DNA of 32,000 nt from Pseudoalteromonas translucida KMM 520 (GCF_001465295.1 NZ_CP011034.1:2430001-2462000); one strand, 5' to 3'. Shown: positions 9,649-17,794, counted from the first letter of the stretch. Made by a program: numbers and translations. Notes: generated from the sequence alone by a model not told the origin.

Positions 9649-10748
9649 AATATGCTCTCGGCTGCTATTTTTTTGTCTGTAAGTAAGTAACTATTAATGC
9701 CTGAATCAGTTTTACGCTGACAAAATAATTCATCATTGCTTTCTAACCAATTTAAGTGCGCTAGGGTTTCGCCTAGTGCCATCATACTTTCTATAGGTGA
9801 AAGAGTGCGTTTAAATAAATGCTTCATTGCCTGATAGGCATTAAATTCAGGGGCTTGCAGTGCAAACTCTCTTAATATATCTAACTGCTCAAAGTGATGG
9901 TCAATCAACTGTTGTACGCGTAAATGCATGTGGCGAAATACCGGGCCATGGGCAGGTAATACTAAAGTTTGTGGATCGAGCGTGTGTAGTTTTTCAAGCG
10001 AACGTAGCCAGTTTTTTAATGGCTGACCTTGCGGCTCTAACTCAGACACTAAAATATTTGAACTAATATTGGGCAATAACTGATCGCCAGCTAGCAGTAG
10101 TTTGTCAGCTTCACAATAAAGGCACGCATGCTCTGGCGAATGCCCCTCCCCTATGACTATTTGCCAACGGCGCTTACCTATGGTGAGCACATCCCCTTCA
10201 CGCAGACGATTAAATGACGGCGGGCTAAATTTTATAAAGGGATCTTTACGGCAACTAGCAATGATCACATCTAACTCATCACGTGGTAAACCTGCTCTAT
10301 GATAAAAGTCTAATTGGTTGTCACTGCCAAGTGCTGCGGTGTTATTACTCAGCGTTTTTAGCATGTAAAACTCACCAAAAGTCATATATAGCGGCACATT
10401 AAACGTGGCCATTAACCAACTAGCTAGGCTGCTATGGTCATAATGAAAATGCGTACAAATAACGCCTTTAATTACTTTTTTGTTGCAATGTTGTTCTATT
10501 ACCGTTAACCACAATTGCCGTGTTGTGTCATTATTAAGCCCGGTATCGAGAATATACCAACCGTCGTTATCTTCGAGTAAATAAAGATTTATATGATCCA
10601 ACGACATCGGCATGGGCATGCGTAACCACAACAAACCTTCAGCTATCTCCACTACCGAACCATCCGCATTGGGTGGAGTAATTGGATATTCTAAAAGGCT
10701 ATGCAGCTGATGGCCTTGTGATTCTTTGGGTAAAATCATCGATTTCAT
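9645..10748 (-). CDS. Metallo-beta-lactamase-fold hydrolase with a roughly 90-aa C-terminal extension; first gene of the long minus-strand operon
   Basis: 367 aa. RBS TGGAGAAATA is present. All MBL metal ligands are visible: THFHYDH (HxHxDH), GHSPEH, AGD, PAHG. Confidence 0.8.
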   Translation of the reverse strand: MKSMILPKESQGHQLHSLLEYPITPPNADGSVVEIAEGLLWLRMPMPMSLDHINLYLLEDNDGWYILDTGLNNDTTRQLWLTVIEQHCNKKVIKGVICTHFHYDHSSLASWLMATFNVPLYMTFGEFYMLKTLSNNTAALGSDNQLDFYHRAGLPRDELDVIIASCRKDPFIKFSPPSFNRLREGDVLTIGKRRWQIVIGEGHSPEHACLYCEADKLLLAGDQLLPNISSNILVSELEPQGQPLKNWLRSLEKLHTLDPQTLVLPAHGPVFRHMHLRVQQLIDHHFEQLDILREFALQAPEFNAYQAMKHLFKRTLSPIESMMALGETLAHLNWLESNDELFCQRKTDSGINSYLLTDKKIAAESIL

Positions 10749-10816
10749 TATTTCTCCAAAAATAAGTTATCAGCGCGTTTATATTTTATTAACTTAATAA
10801 GAAGCCATTTAACGAT

Positions 10817-10834
10817 TCTGTAATACGTCCAAAA
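10817..10834 (+). promoter_or_regulatory. Box copy A (GTCCAaaagGACGATGcT) in the divergent MBL / MFS-kshA intergenic region; candidate operator or activator site
   Basis: The box ends 67 nt before the ATG at 10902. It contains the symmetric core CGTCC-N4-GGACG. It matches the boxes at 17777-17794 (+) and 30045-30062 (-). Confidence 0.55.
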
Positions 10835-10901
10835 GGACGATGCTGAAATTATTAGCAAAGTTAAGGTAGCTTAAAACAATATCAAAAAGAGAGAGCTATA
10901 A

Positions 10902-12302
10902 ATGCAAGTAGGTCAAAGTTCATTAAGCGCAGGTCGGACTCGTCTGACGCTATTATTGCTTTCTATTATTTACGTTTTTTCGTATATCGATCGCAACTTA
11001 ATTGCCATTGTTCTTGAGCCAATTAAATTAGAGTTTGGCGTATCAGATACTATTATGGGGGCGGTGAGCGGTCTTGCATTTGCCGTTTTATACTCTGCGG
11101 TTAGCTTTCCGTTAAGCCGTATGGCCGATAGAGGCACCGACCGTAAAAATATTATTGCGGTATGTTGTGGACTCTGGAGCCTTGCCACTATGGCCAGTGG
11201 TGTTGTTACCCAATTTTGGCAATTTGTGGTTGCCCGTATGACGGTTGCCATTGGTGAAGCAGGCGGTACATCACCATCTATTTCTATGGTTTCTGATTTA
11301 TACCCTCCACATCGTCGCTCATTTGCGATTAGTTTATATATGTTAGGCCCGCACATTGGCTTATTAGCCGCCATGGCATTAGGTGGTTGGATAGCCCAAG
11401 AGCACGGCTGGCGCGCAGTATTCATCTTTTTTGGTATTCCAGGATTATTACTAGCATTGCTACTTTATGTTTTTGCAAAAGACCCAGGCTTAGGTGTTTA
11501 TGACACCGATGCTGAGCGTAATATTCGTGCCCAACCGCAAGAAAACTTTTTTCATGCTGTTGCCGGTATTATGAAGCTAAAAGGGTTTTTCTTAATTTGT
11601 ATGGGCACTGCCATTGCTGGCATGGTCGGCTATGGTTACGCCATTTGGGCCCCTACTTTTATGGTACGCAATTACAATATGTCACTTTCACACGCAGGGC
11701 TTACCTTTGGTATAGCCAGTGGTATTTTTGCTGCTGCTGGGTCAATTTTTAGCGGTTATTACTGCGACAAATTAAGCCAAAAAGACTGTCGCTGGCAATT
11801 ACGTATGCCTGCGATTGGCGTATTAATTAGTATGCCTTTTGGCTTAGCTTTTTTACTTTGGCCTGCCGACGCCTTTTGGCAATTAGGAAGCCTTAAAATA
11901 CCGCACGCAATTATATTTGCTGCTGGCTTTAGCTTTTTTAATAGCTGGTGGCCAACACTTGCATTCGCTGCAGTAAGCCATTTAGTTAACAGCTTTCAAA
12001 GAGCTACCAGCATTGCAATACTAAGTTTATTTTTAACCTTTTTTGGTGCCGGTATTGGCCCATTGCTAACCGGTACACTCAGTGACTTATTTTCTGCCGG
12101 TGATGCGGGTGAAGGCCTTAAATACGCCATTGCAGTGATGATTGCTTTATCGTTGTTTTCGGTTTGGTTTTACTACAAAGCCATTGGCCCTTATCAACAA
12201 CGAATAGCAAGTAAAGTAAGTGATAACGATAAAACAGCGCAATCTTATAATAATAAAGCAGATTGCACCTCAGACAATAATTCAAGTACATCTACTACCT
12301 AA
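10902..12302 (+). CDS. MFS transporter (paralog 1), with a C-terminal Ser/Thr/Asn-rich tail
   Basis: 466 aa with about 12 hydrophobic segments. The N-terminal region SYIDRNLIAIVLEPIKLEFGVSD is paralogous to the MFS at 21586 ([23 protein letters not shown]). The MFS loop motif MADRGTDRKN is present. Confidence 0.88.
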   Translation: MQVGQSSLSAGRTRLTLLLLSIIYVFSYIDRNLIAIVLEPIKLEFGVSDTIMGAVSGLAFAVLYSAVSFPLSRMADRGTDRKNIIAVCCGLWSLATMASGVVTQFWQFVVARMTVAIGEAGGTSPSISMVSDLYPPHRRSFAISLYMLGPHIGLLAAMALGGWIAQEHGWRAVFIFFGIPGLLLALLLYVFAKDPGLGVYDTDAERNIRAQPQENFFHAVAGIMKLKGFFLICMGTAIAGMVGYGYAIWAPTFMVRNYNMSLSHAGLTFGIASGIFAAAGSIFSGYYCDKLSQKDCRWQLRMPAIGVLISMPFGLAFLLWPADAFWQLGSLKIPHAIIFAAGFSFFNSWWPTLAFAAVSHLVNSFQRATSIAILSLFLTFFGAGIGPLLTGTLSDLFSAGDAGEGLKYAIAVMIALSLFSVWFYYKAIGPYQQRIASKVSDNDKTAQSYNNKADCTSDNNSSTSTT

Positions 12303-12320
12303 ATATAAAAAGGAATACTT

Positions 12321-13415
12321 ATGGCCACTACACAAGATTATCGTCTCGGCGATTATACATTCCCAAGAGGTTGGTTCATGATAGCTACGGCTGAAGAGAT
12401 CAACACGCATAAGCCCCTAGCCGTACGATTTTTTGGTCGCGACTTCGCACTGTATCGCGGCAGAGCAACAGGTCGTGTAGTATTACTCGACGCGTATTGC
12501 CCACATATGAAAACGCATTTAGCCGCCGAAAATGATACCTCTTACGTTATTATTGATGGCGGTGGTACCAACATCGAAGGCGATAGCATTCGTTGTCCTT
12601 ATCATGCATGGCGTTTTGGCCCTGATGGCCAATGTGACGACATTCCTTACCACGACGGACCTATTCCAAAAACAGCCTGTATTAAAGCGTGGCCTGTGGC
12701 CGAGAGCATGGGTGCAATTTGGATATGGCACGATCCTGAAAATGGCGATCCTGAGTGGGATCACCCAAGCTTGCCACAATGGGACGATAAAGCCTGGGTA
12801 CATTGGCGCTTTGACGATTTGGGAATACTTGAGCAGCATCCGCAAGAAGTTATTGATAACATTTGTGACTATAGCCATTTAGCACCCATTCACGGCTCTA
12901 CTGTGCAGCGCTACGAAAATGAATTTGATGGCCACGAAGCAATTCAACGTCAATGTGGTCCGCACCGTACTTTAGTAGGCGAAGATGGCGCAAGCCCAGT
13001 GCTGCATACAGTAACTAAATACCATGGTCCGGGTGTGTTAATTTCACATTTGACTGGCTATTACGAGTCTTACTTAATGATCACGCATACCCCAGTAGAG
13101 GATGGCTCAATTAGAGTTTGGCACGCATTATTAGTTAAATCACCCGGTGGTAATGAAGTAGCCACAGTAGAGGATGAAGTAGCAGCACGCCAATTCCAAG
13201 ATGCTAGTAAGTTTGCATTTATGCAAGACTTCCAAGTGTGGACAAATAAAGCACCTTGTTTTAATGGGTTATTTTTACCAAGCGATGGCCCGTTTATGAA
13301 AGCGCGTATTTGGTATAAGCAGTTCTTCAATCCAAGAGCGCGTAAAGAAGAGTTCCAAAGTAAAGTAAATGGCGTATATGTGCCTAAAGGCACTGTAGCT
13401 TATACCCAAGACTAA
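12321..13415 (+). CDS. kshA: Rieske [2Fe-2S] non-heme iron oxygenase, KshA-like (candidate 3-ketosteroid 9alpha-hydroxylase oxygenase component)
   Basis: 364 aa. RBS AAGGAA is present. The Rieske ligands are CPH...CPYH. The mononuclear iron motif D-x2-H-x4-H reads NICDYSHLAPIHG. Size and single-subunit architecture resemble KshA. The ligand spacing is atypical (see findings). Confidence 0.65.
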   Translation: MATTQDYRLGDYTFPRGWFMIATAEEINTHKPLAVRFFGRDFALYRGRATGRVVLLDAYCPHMKTHLAAENDTSYVIIDGGGTNIEGDSIRCPYHAWRFGPDGQCDDIPYHDGPIPKTACIKAWPVAESMGAIWIWHDPENGDPEWDHPSLPQWDDKAWVHWRFDDLGILEQHPQEVIDNICDYSHLAPIHGSTVQRYENEFDGHEAIQRQCGPHRTLVGEDGASPVLHTVTKYHGPGVLISHLTGYYESYLMITHTPVEDGSIRVWHALLVKSPGGNEVATVEDEVAARQFQDASKFAFMQDFQVWTNKAPCFNGLFLPSDGPFMKARIWYKQFFNPRARKEEFQSKVNGVYVPKGTVAYTQD

Positions 13416-13442
13416 TCTATTTTTTAAATAGATTATAGATAC

Positions 13443-13482
13443 AAAAAAGAGCCCCTACTTATTAAGTAGGGGCTCTTTTTTT
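13443..13482. terminator. Bidirectional rho-independent terminator between the convergent kshA-like and TonB-receptor genes
   Basis: Perfect 12-bp stem GAGCCCCTACTT (13449-13460) / AAGTAGGGGCTC (13464-13475) with a 3-nt loop. It is flanked by A6 upstream and T7 downstream, so it can terminate on both strands. Confidence 0.85.
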
Positions 13483-13496
13483 AGCTGTAACTTTTA

Positions 13497-15665
13497 TTAA
13501 AATGAGTAAGTTATTTCTGCTCCATAAGTTACCGGGTCGCCATAGTAATTTAAGCCACCAATAAATACCCCCGACGAATCACCCAACGGCACACCGTTAA
13601 TTCGGTATTCTTCATCGGTCATGTTTTTACCCCAAATAGAGGCGCTAAAGTCGCTGCCGGCAATTCTTTTAAGTGAAACACGGGCGTTAAGTAAGTTGTA
13701 TTTTTCAATACGAGTATATTGGGCTGAAGGTTGATTATGAAACGCAAAGTGATCGTCCACAAAGCTGTAGTCGGCACCGGCGCTAAATTCACCAAGGGCT
13801 GTTTCACTAATGTAATTTAATCCAAGCGACCATTTATTTTTTGGACTATATGGAAACTCGGCACTGTCGGTAACATCGTTTGCTACCCCAGTGTACACAT
13901 CGTAAGTAATAAACTTGTCGTATTTAGGGTCTAACAAACCGTAATTAAAGTTTAGCGTTAAATCATCGGTTAATGCCGCTACTAATTCAAACTCTAACCC
14001 CGCCACTTTTGCCGATCCTGCGTTTTGTATATCTGAGTACGCACCTAAATATTCCGACATTTGCATATTGGTAATATCGTTATAAAACACCGCAATATTG
14101 GCTTGAATACGTTGATCTAACCAGCGCGATTTAAGGCCCCACTCGTAGGCAATTACTTCTTCTGGTGCATAGGGTTTGACTGCTAATGCTTGAGTTGCTG
14201 CTTCACCATTAAAACCACCCGCTTTCCAGCCTTGTGATACTTTTACATAGCTGTGAATATTATCTGCTAGCTCATAGTTAAGTGATGCCATAGCCGAGGT
14301 GTTATTCCAAGTATCGCCCGCTGTGGTGTATGGTAGAGGGAAAAAATAAGCAGCACTAAAGTCATCTGGGTGCTCTATATAAAATGACTTTTCTTCTGTG
14401 GTCCAACGCAGGCCCCCAGCCAACATTAGCTTGTCGCTTAGTCGATATTCTACATTACCATAAGCGGCAACCGAGGTAGACTCAACACCATAATAGTTAT
14501 TCACTGTGCCAAAACCCAGTACATACGGGTTGTTTACATCAGATTCTTCCTTAAAGTAAAACAAGCCTGCAACGTAGGTTAAATTATCTATGTCACCAAT
14601 AAATTGTAGCTCTTGTGATACTTGCTCATGCTCTACATGGCGGTAGGTATGAAAGCCAAGAAAATCAGCGCCATCGTAGTCATTACCATCGTCGTAATCT
14701 ATTTCACGTAGTGCCGTAATTGACTTAATAGTTAAGTTATTACTTTGCTGCCATGTAACTGTAAGTGCATGGCCTGAGCTTTTAGAGCGATCAAATATTG
14801 CGCCGTCTAACGCAGCACTTTCTTGGCGATCTTTCGTATCTTCTGGCATTGCACCTGCAATATAAACTTGGCCCAACGGAGGAGTATTTTTTTTATTGCT
14901 GCTATCGTAAGTGTAGTAAAACTCTAGATTATCGCTGTGCTCATACAAGGCACCAAAACGCAGTGAGGTAGAATCAAGCTCTTTAAACTTATCAATATCA
15001 GAACTTGTCGAAAGGTTATCGTAAAAGCCGTCGCGCTGTTTTTTATTAGCGGTAAAATTAAAACTGAGTTTATCGTTAATTTGCGCCGAGTCGGCAGTAA
15101 CATAAACATCTGTCATACCGTAGTTACCCGCCCCTACGCGCACTTCGCCGGTAAACTCACCACTGGGTTTACGCGTTACAATATTAAGTGCCCCACCTAT
15201 TGTATTTTTACCATAAAGCGTACCCTGCGGCCCGCGCAGCACTTCGACGCGCTCTATAGCGGCTACATCAAATAAACCACCGACATTTTTAGATACAAAT
15301 ACCCCGTCTATATACACACCAGTGGTGGGCTCCCAGGTAACTGCAGGGTTAATTGTAACCGAGCCACGAATGGCAATTGTAGCACCTGTACTGCCGCCTG
15401 GAGTTTCTGATATTTGCATATTTGGCGTATATACACTGAGATCTTCTACATCAGTAATGCCTTTATCGGCCAATGCTTGGGCATTAAACACGGTAACTGC
15501 TGTAGGTAGTTCTTGTAAGTTTTGTACCCGCTTTTGCGCGGTTACTTGGATCACTTCCAAACCTTCTTTTTTAGTACTTTGCTCTTGAGCCGCGAGTGTC
15601 GAATTTGCCATGCTAATTAAGGCTAACGCTATCGCTGCATTTAGTGGTTTTTTATTAATATTCAC
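13497..15665 (-). CDS. TonB-dependent outer-membrane receptor
   Basis: 722 aa. The start is GTG with AAGGA 7 nt upstream. A signal peptide is visible (...SMANSTLAAQE), followed by a plug region (VIQVTAQKR...TAVTVF), beta-barrel repeats and the C-terminal motif ...AEITYSF. Confidence 0.92.
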   Translation of the reverse strand: MNINKKPLNAAIALALISMANSTLAAQEQSTKKEGLEVIQVTAQKRVQNLQELPTAVTVFNAQALADKGITDVEDLSVYTPNMQISETPGGSTGATIAIRGSVTINPAVTWEPTTGVYIDGVFVSKNVGGLFDVAAIERVEVLRGPQGTLYGKNTIGGALNIVTRKPSGEFTGEVRVGAGNYGMTDVYVTADSAQINDKLSFNFTANKKQRDGFYDNLSTSSDIDKFKELDSTSLRFGALYEHSDNLEFYYTYDSSNKKNTPPLGQVYIAGAMPEDTKDRQESAALDGAIFDRSKSSGHALTVTWQQSNNLTIKSITALREIDYDDGNDYDGADFLGFHTYRHVEHEQVSQELQFIGDIDNLTYVAGLFYFKEESDVNNPYVLGFGTVNNYYGVESTSVAAYGNVEYRLSDKLMLAGGLRWTTEEKSFYIEHPDDFSAAYFFPLPYTTAGDTWNNTSAMASLNYELADNIHSYVKVSQGWKAGGFNGEAATQALAVKPYAPEEVIAYEWGLKSRWLDQRIQANIAVFYNDITNMQMSEYLGAYSDIQNAGSAKVAGLEFELVAALTDDLTLNFNYGLLDPKYDKFITYDVYTGVANDVTDSAEFPYSPKNKWSLGLNYISETALGEFSAGADYSFVDDHFAFHNQPSAQYTRIEKYNLLNARVSLKRIAGSDFSASIWGKNMTDEEYRINGVPLGDSSGVFIGGLNYYGDPVTYGAEITYSF

Positions 15666-15970
15666 TATTTAGTCCTTGTTTAAAATTGAACGCGAGTAAA
15701 ATTAACTAACAGGAATATCGCCAGTTACGCGCGCTGTACCTAACACTACATAAGTTAATTTTGAGACCGCTTTACACAGTCTCAAAACTTAACGTATTGC
15801 GCTTTCATAATTACAAAAAGCAAATTGCTGTATCACGTTATAATCGCGTGTTTATCAACAATAAATGTAAGGTTTTTATCCTCGCACACTATTACAAAAA
15901 CTAAATAGTCCGCATGAACGATAGCTAAAAATAATGAGGAATAACAAAGACTAAAAGGCAGGAATTAATA

Positions 15971-16010
15971 AAAAACATTAGGCACTGTTATTATTAAAAT
16001 AACAGTGCCT
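15971..16010 (-). terminator. Rho-independent terminator of the aldehyde dehydrogenase gene
   Basis: 13-bp stem AGGCACTGTTATT (15980-15992) / AATAACAGTGCCT (15998-16010). On the minus strand it is followed by TAATGTTTTTT. Confidence 0.8.
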
Positions 16011-16017
16011 GTTAACG

Positions 16018-17457
16018 TCAGTCGGATGTTACTTGCGCGACCATCATGGCTTTAAACTGATCATGATGCGGCGGTAATAAGCCCCACTCACCACGAGGGT
16101 CGTGTTTTGGGGCAACAAATACAGTACGCTGATGGCTAAAGGCTAAAAAGCCTTCACGACCATGATAATGCCCCATACCCGAGGCACCTACGCCACCAAA
16201 TGGCGCATCGTGCATTGCCGCATGCATTAAGCAATCATTTACCGCAACTCCACCCGATGAAGTGTTTGCTAAAAGCTTACTCAGCTCTGCGTCATTTTCG
16301 CCAAAGTAATACAGCGCTAATGGTTTAGCACGGCTGTTAATATCGCTAATAACGCCATCTATATCATCATAAGGAAGTAGCACTAATGCAGCGCCAAATA
16401 TTTCTTGCTGCATAATATCTAGCTCTTTATCTGGGGATATAACTAATTGCAGTGGTAAACGTTTATCGCTTGTGACCAACTCTGCTAAATTAGCAACCTC
16501 ATGACTACTAAGAACTTGGCATCCAGCATGGCGAGCTTGCTCAATTAAATCGACGACTCGTTGGCAATGTTGGCGGTTAACGCTAGGAACAAAGTCAGGG
16601 TTGTGAGTAATTTTTGGATAAAAGTGACGAAAATTTTCGAGTAATAATGCAGCCACTTGATCAAGCTTATTGCGCGGTACATAAACAATGTCGGGGCTAA
16701 CACACACTTGGCCGCCATTATTACTTTTTGCTAAGGCTAAGCGTTTGCAACTTTCGCTTAAATCGCAATCTTGGCTAAGTACTACCGGCGATTTACCGCC
16801 AAGCTCTAAGGTAACAGGTACTAAGTTTTTAGCCGCTGCCGCCATAATTTTTTTACCTACTTGGGTACTACCAGTAAAAACTAAATGATCGAACGGCAGT
16901 TCGCTAAATTTAGCGCCAGTGTCGGCCCCGCCTGTCACTACACTCACTAGTAATGGATCTATGTGTTTGGCAAATAATTGCGCTACTAACGCCGCTGTTT
17001 TAGGCGTGACCTCTGATGGTTTAAGTATGGCGCGATTACCCGCCCCTAATACACACGCCAACGGAGCAAATAAGGTATAAAGTGGCGCATTCCAAGTACC
17101 TATAATGCCCACACTGCCTTTGGGTTGGTATTCAACCCGTGCGGTACTACCGAGTTGATCATAAGGGGCAAACACTTCGCGGTTTTCACTTTTAAGCCAT
17201 GGCTCTAAGTTGTCGCGGGTATATTTAAGGCTGGCTAGCGAGCCGAGCACATCATTCATAATAGAAAAGCCTTGGCTGCGACCATTAAAGTCAGCTTCTA
17301 TTGCCTCGGCAAATGCTTGGTGATGCTCTACAAGCAAATTTATAACTTGTTGAATACGCTCTCGCCTTTGCGCTGCTGTTACCAACATTTGCAATTTATG
17401 CACTTGTTGCTGATGCTGCAGCAAAGCTGCCATTGAACCTGAATCATTGCTGTTCAT
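16018..17457 (-). CDS. NAD(P)-dependent aldehyde dehydrogenase (ALDH3 / coniferyl-aldehyde-DH-like); apparently monocistronic
   Basis: 479 aa. ALDH motifs are present: ELGGKSP, catalytic Cys in GGQVCVSPD, and PFGGVGASGMG. It has its own promoter region and terminator. Confidence 0.88.
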   Translation of the reverse strand: MNSNDSGSMAALLQHQQQVHKLQMLVTAAQRRERIQQVINLLVEHHQAFAEAIEADFNGRSQGFSIMNDVLGSLASLKYTRDNLEPWLKSENREVFAPYDQLGSTARVEYQPKGSVGIIGTWNAPLYTLFAPLACVLGAGNRAILKPSEVTPKTAALVAQLFAKHIDPLLVSVVTGGADTGAKFSELPFDHLVFTGSTQVGKKIMAAAAKNLVPVTLELGGKSPVVLSQDCDLSESCKRLALAKSNNGGQVCVSPDIVYVPRNKLDQVAALLLENFRHFYPKITHNPDFVPSVNRQHCQRVVDLIEQARHAGCQVLSSHEVANLAELVTSDKRLPLQLVISPDKELDIMQQEIFGAALVLLPYDDIDGVISDINSRAKPLALYYFGENDAELSKLLANTSSGGVAVNDCLMHAAMHDAPFGGVGASGMGHYHGREGFLAFSHQRTVFVAPKHDPRGEWGLLPPHHDQFKAMMVAQVTSD

Positions 17458-17589
17458 GCACTATATCCTTACTAGGTTTTACACTTGCCTGGCAAACAAT
17501 ATTTGCTTACACACCATATTGCAGCTTTTGCATTGCAAGTAAACTAATTGAGCTGTGCATCCTTTCTAGCTGTTTTTACTCAAATAAAC

Positions 17590-17607
17590 CTCGTCCACTT
17601 GGACGAG
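17590..17607. promoter_or_regulatory. Perfect palindrome CTCGTCCA-ct-TGGACGAG in the ALDH / flavin-reductase-MarR divergent intergenic region; candidate operator
   Basis: 8+8 nt perfect inverted repeat with a 2-nt centre. It contains the same CGTCC-N4-GGACG core as box A. Confidence 0.5.
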
Positions 17608-17776
17608 TTCTAGTATTTAAATTATTTAATGTACGGTTGCTGCAGTCACTATTTGCTCTATTTAAATTGGCCACTTAAAGCTAATCTTCGCAATAAAACT
17701 TAACCGCTGTTTAATATAAAATAACCTAAATAAATTGCTGATTAATCATATAAATAGCAAATGCCTGTGTTGTTTA

Positions 17777-17794
17777 GTCCATTGAGACGATGAT
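17777..17794 (+). promoter_or_regulatory. Box copy C (GTCCAttgaGACGATGaT) upstream of the flavin-reductase-MarR / lower-pathway operon
   Basis: The box ends 56 nt before the ATG at 17851. Extended to 20 nt, TAGTCCATTGAGACGATGAT matches 16/20 positions of the reverse complement of 30045-30064 (TAGTCCAGATTGACGATGAT). All four differences fall in the central spacer. Confidence 0.6.

Noticed and set aside
12519-12882. Pair of mutually antisense ~117-aa ORFs inside the Rieske oxygenase gene
   Set aside because: Both overlap the Rieske/catalytic-domain coding frame, which carries unmistakable motifs. Neither has recognisable motifs or start signals.
13414-13434. Small AT-only hairpin AATCTATTT-ttt-AAATAGATT right after the kshA-like stop codon
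   Set aside because: The pairing is very weak (all A-T), and the strong bidirectional terminator 10 nt downstream already explains termination.
15667-15677. TAGTCC string resembling the left half of the regulon box, next to the TonB receptor start
   Set aside because: On the coding (minus) strand it is simply part of the AAGGACTA ribosome-binding region 7 nt before the GTG start. No GACGATG half follows at the right spacing.
15906-15925. Possible fourth box copy TAGTCCgcatgaACGATagc upstream of the TonB-dependent receptor
   Set aside because: It matches only about 9 of the 13 conserved positions, lies about 240 nt from the receptor start, and points away from it. I keep it as a possible degenerate site, but it is not strong enough to call.
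17490-17507. Sigma-54-like TGGCA...TTGCT element
   Set aside because: The GG-to-GC spacing is 12 nt rather than the required 10, and the orientation does not fit either flanking gene well.
17433-17678. 81-aa Cys-rich ORF (MNLNHCCSCTISLL...) in the ALDH / regulator intergenic region
   Set aside because: It starts inside, and antisense to, the 5' end of the ALDH gene. It has no RBS, runs through AT-rich promoter DNA containing the palindrome, and has a low-complexity composition. It is most likely a chance ORF.
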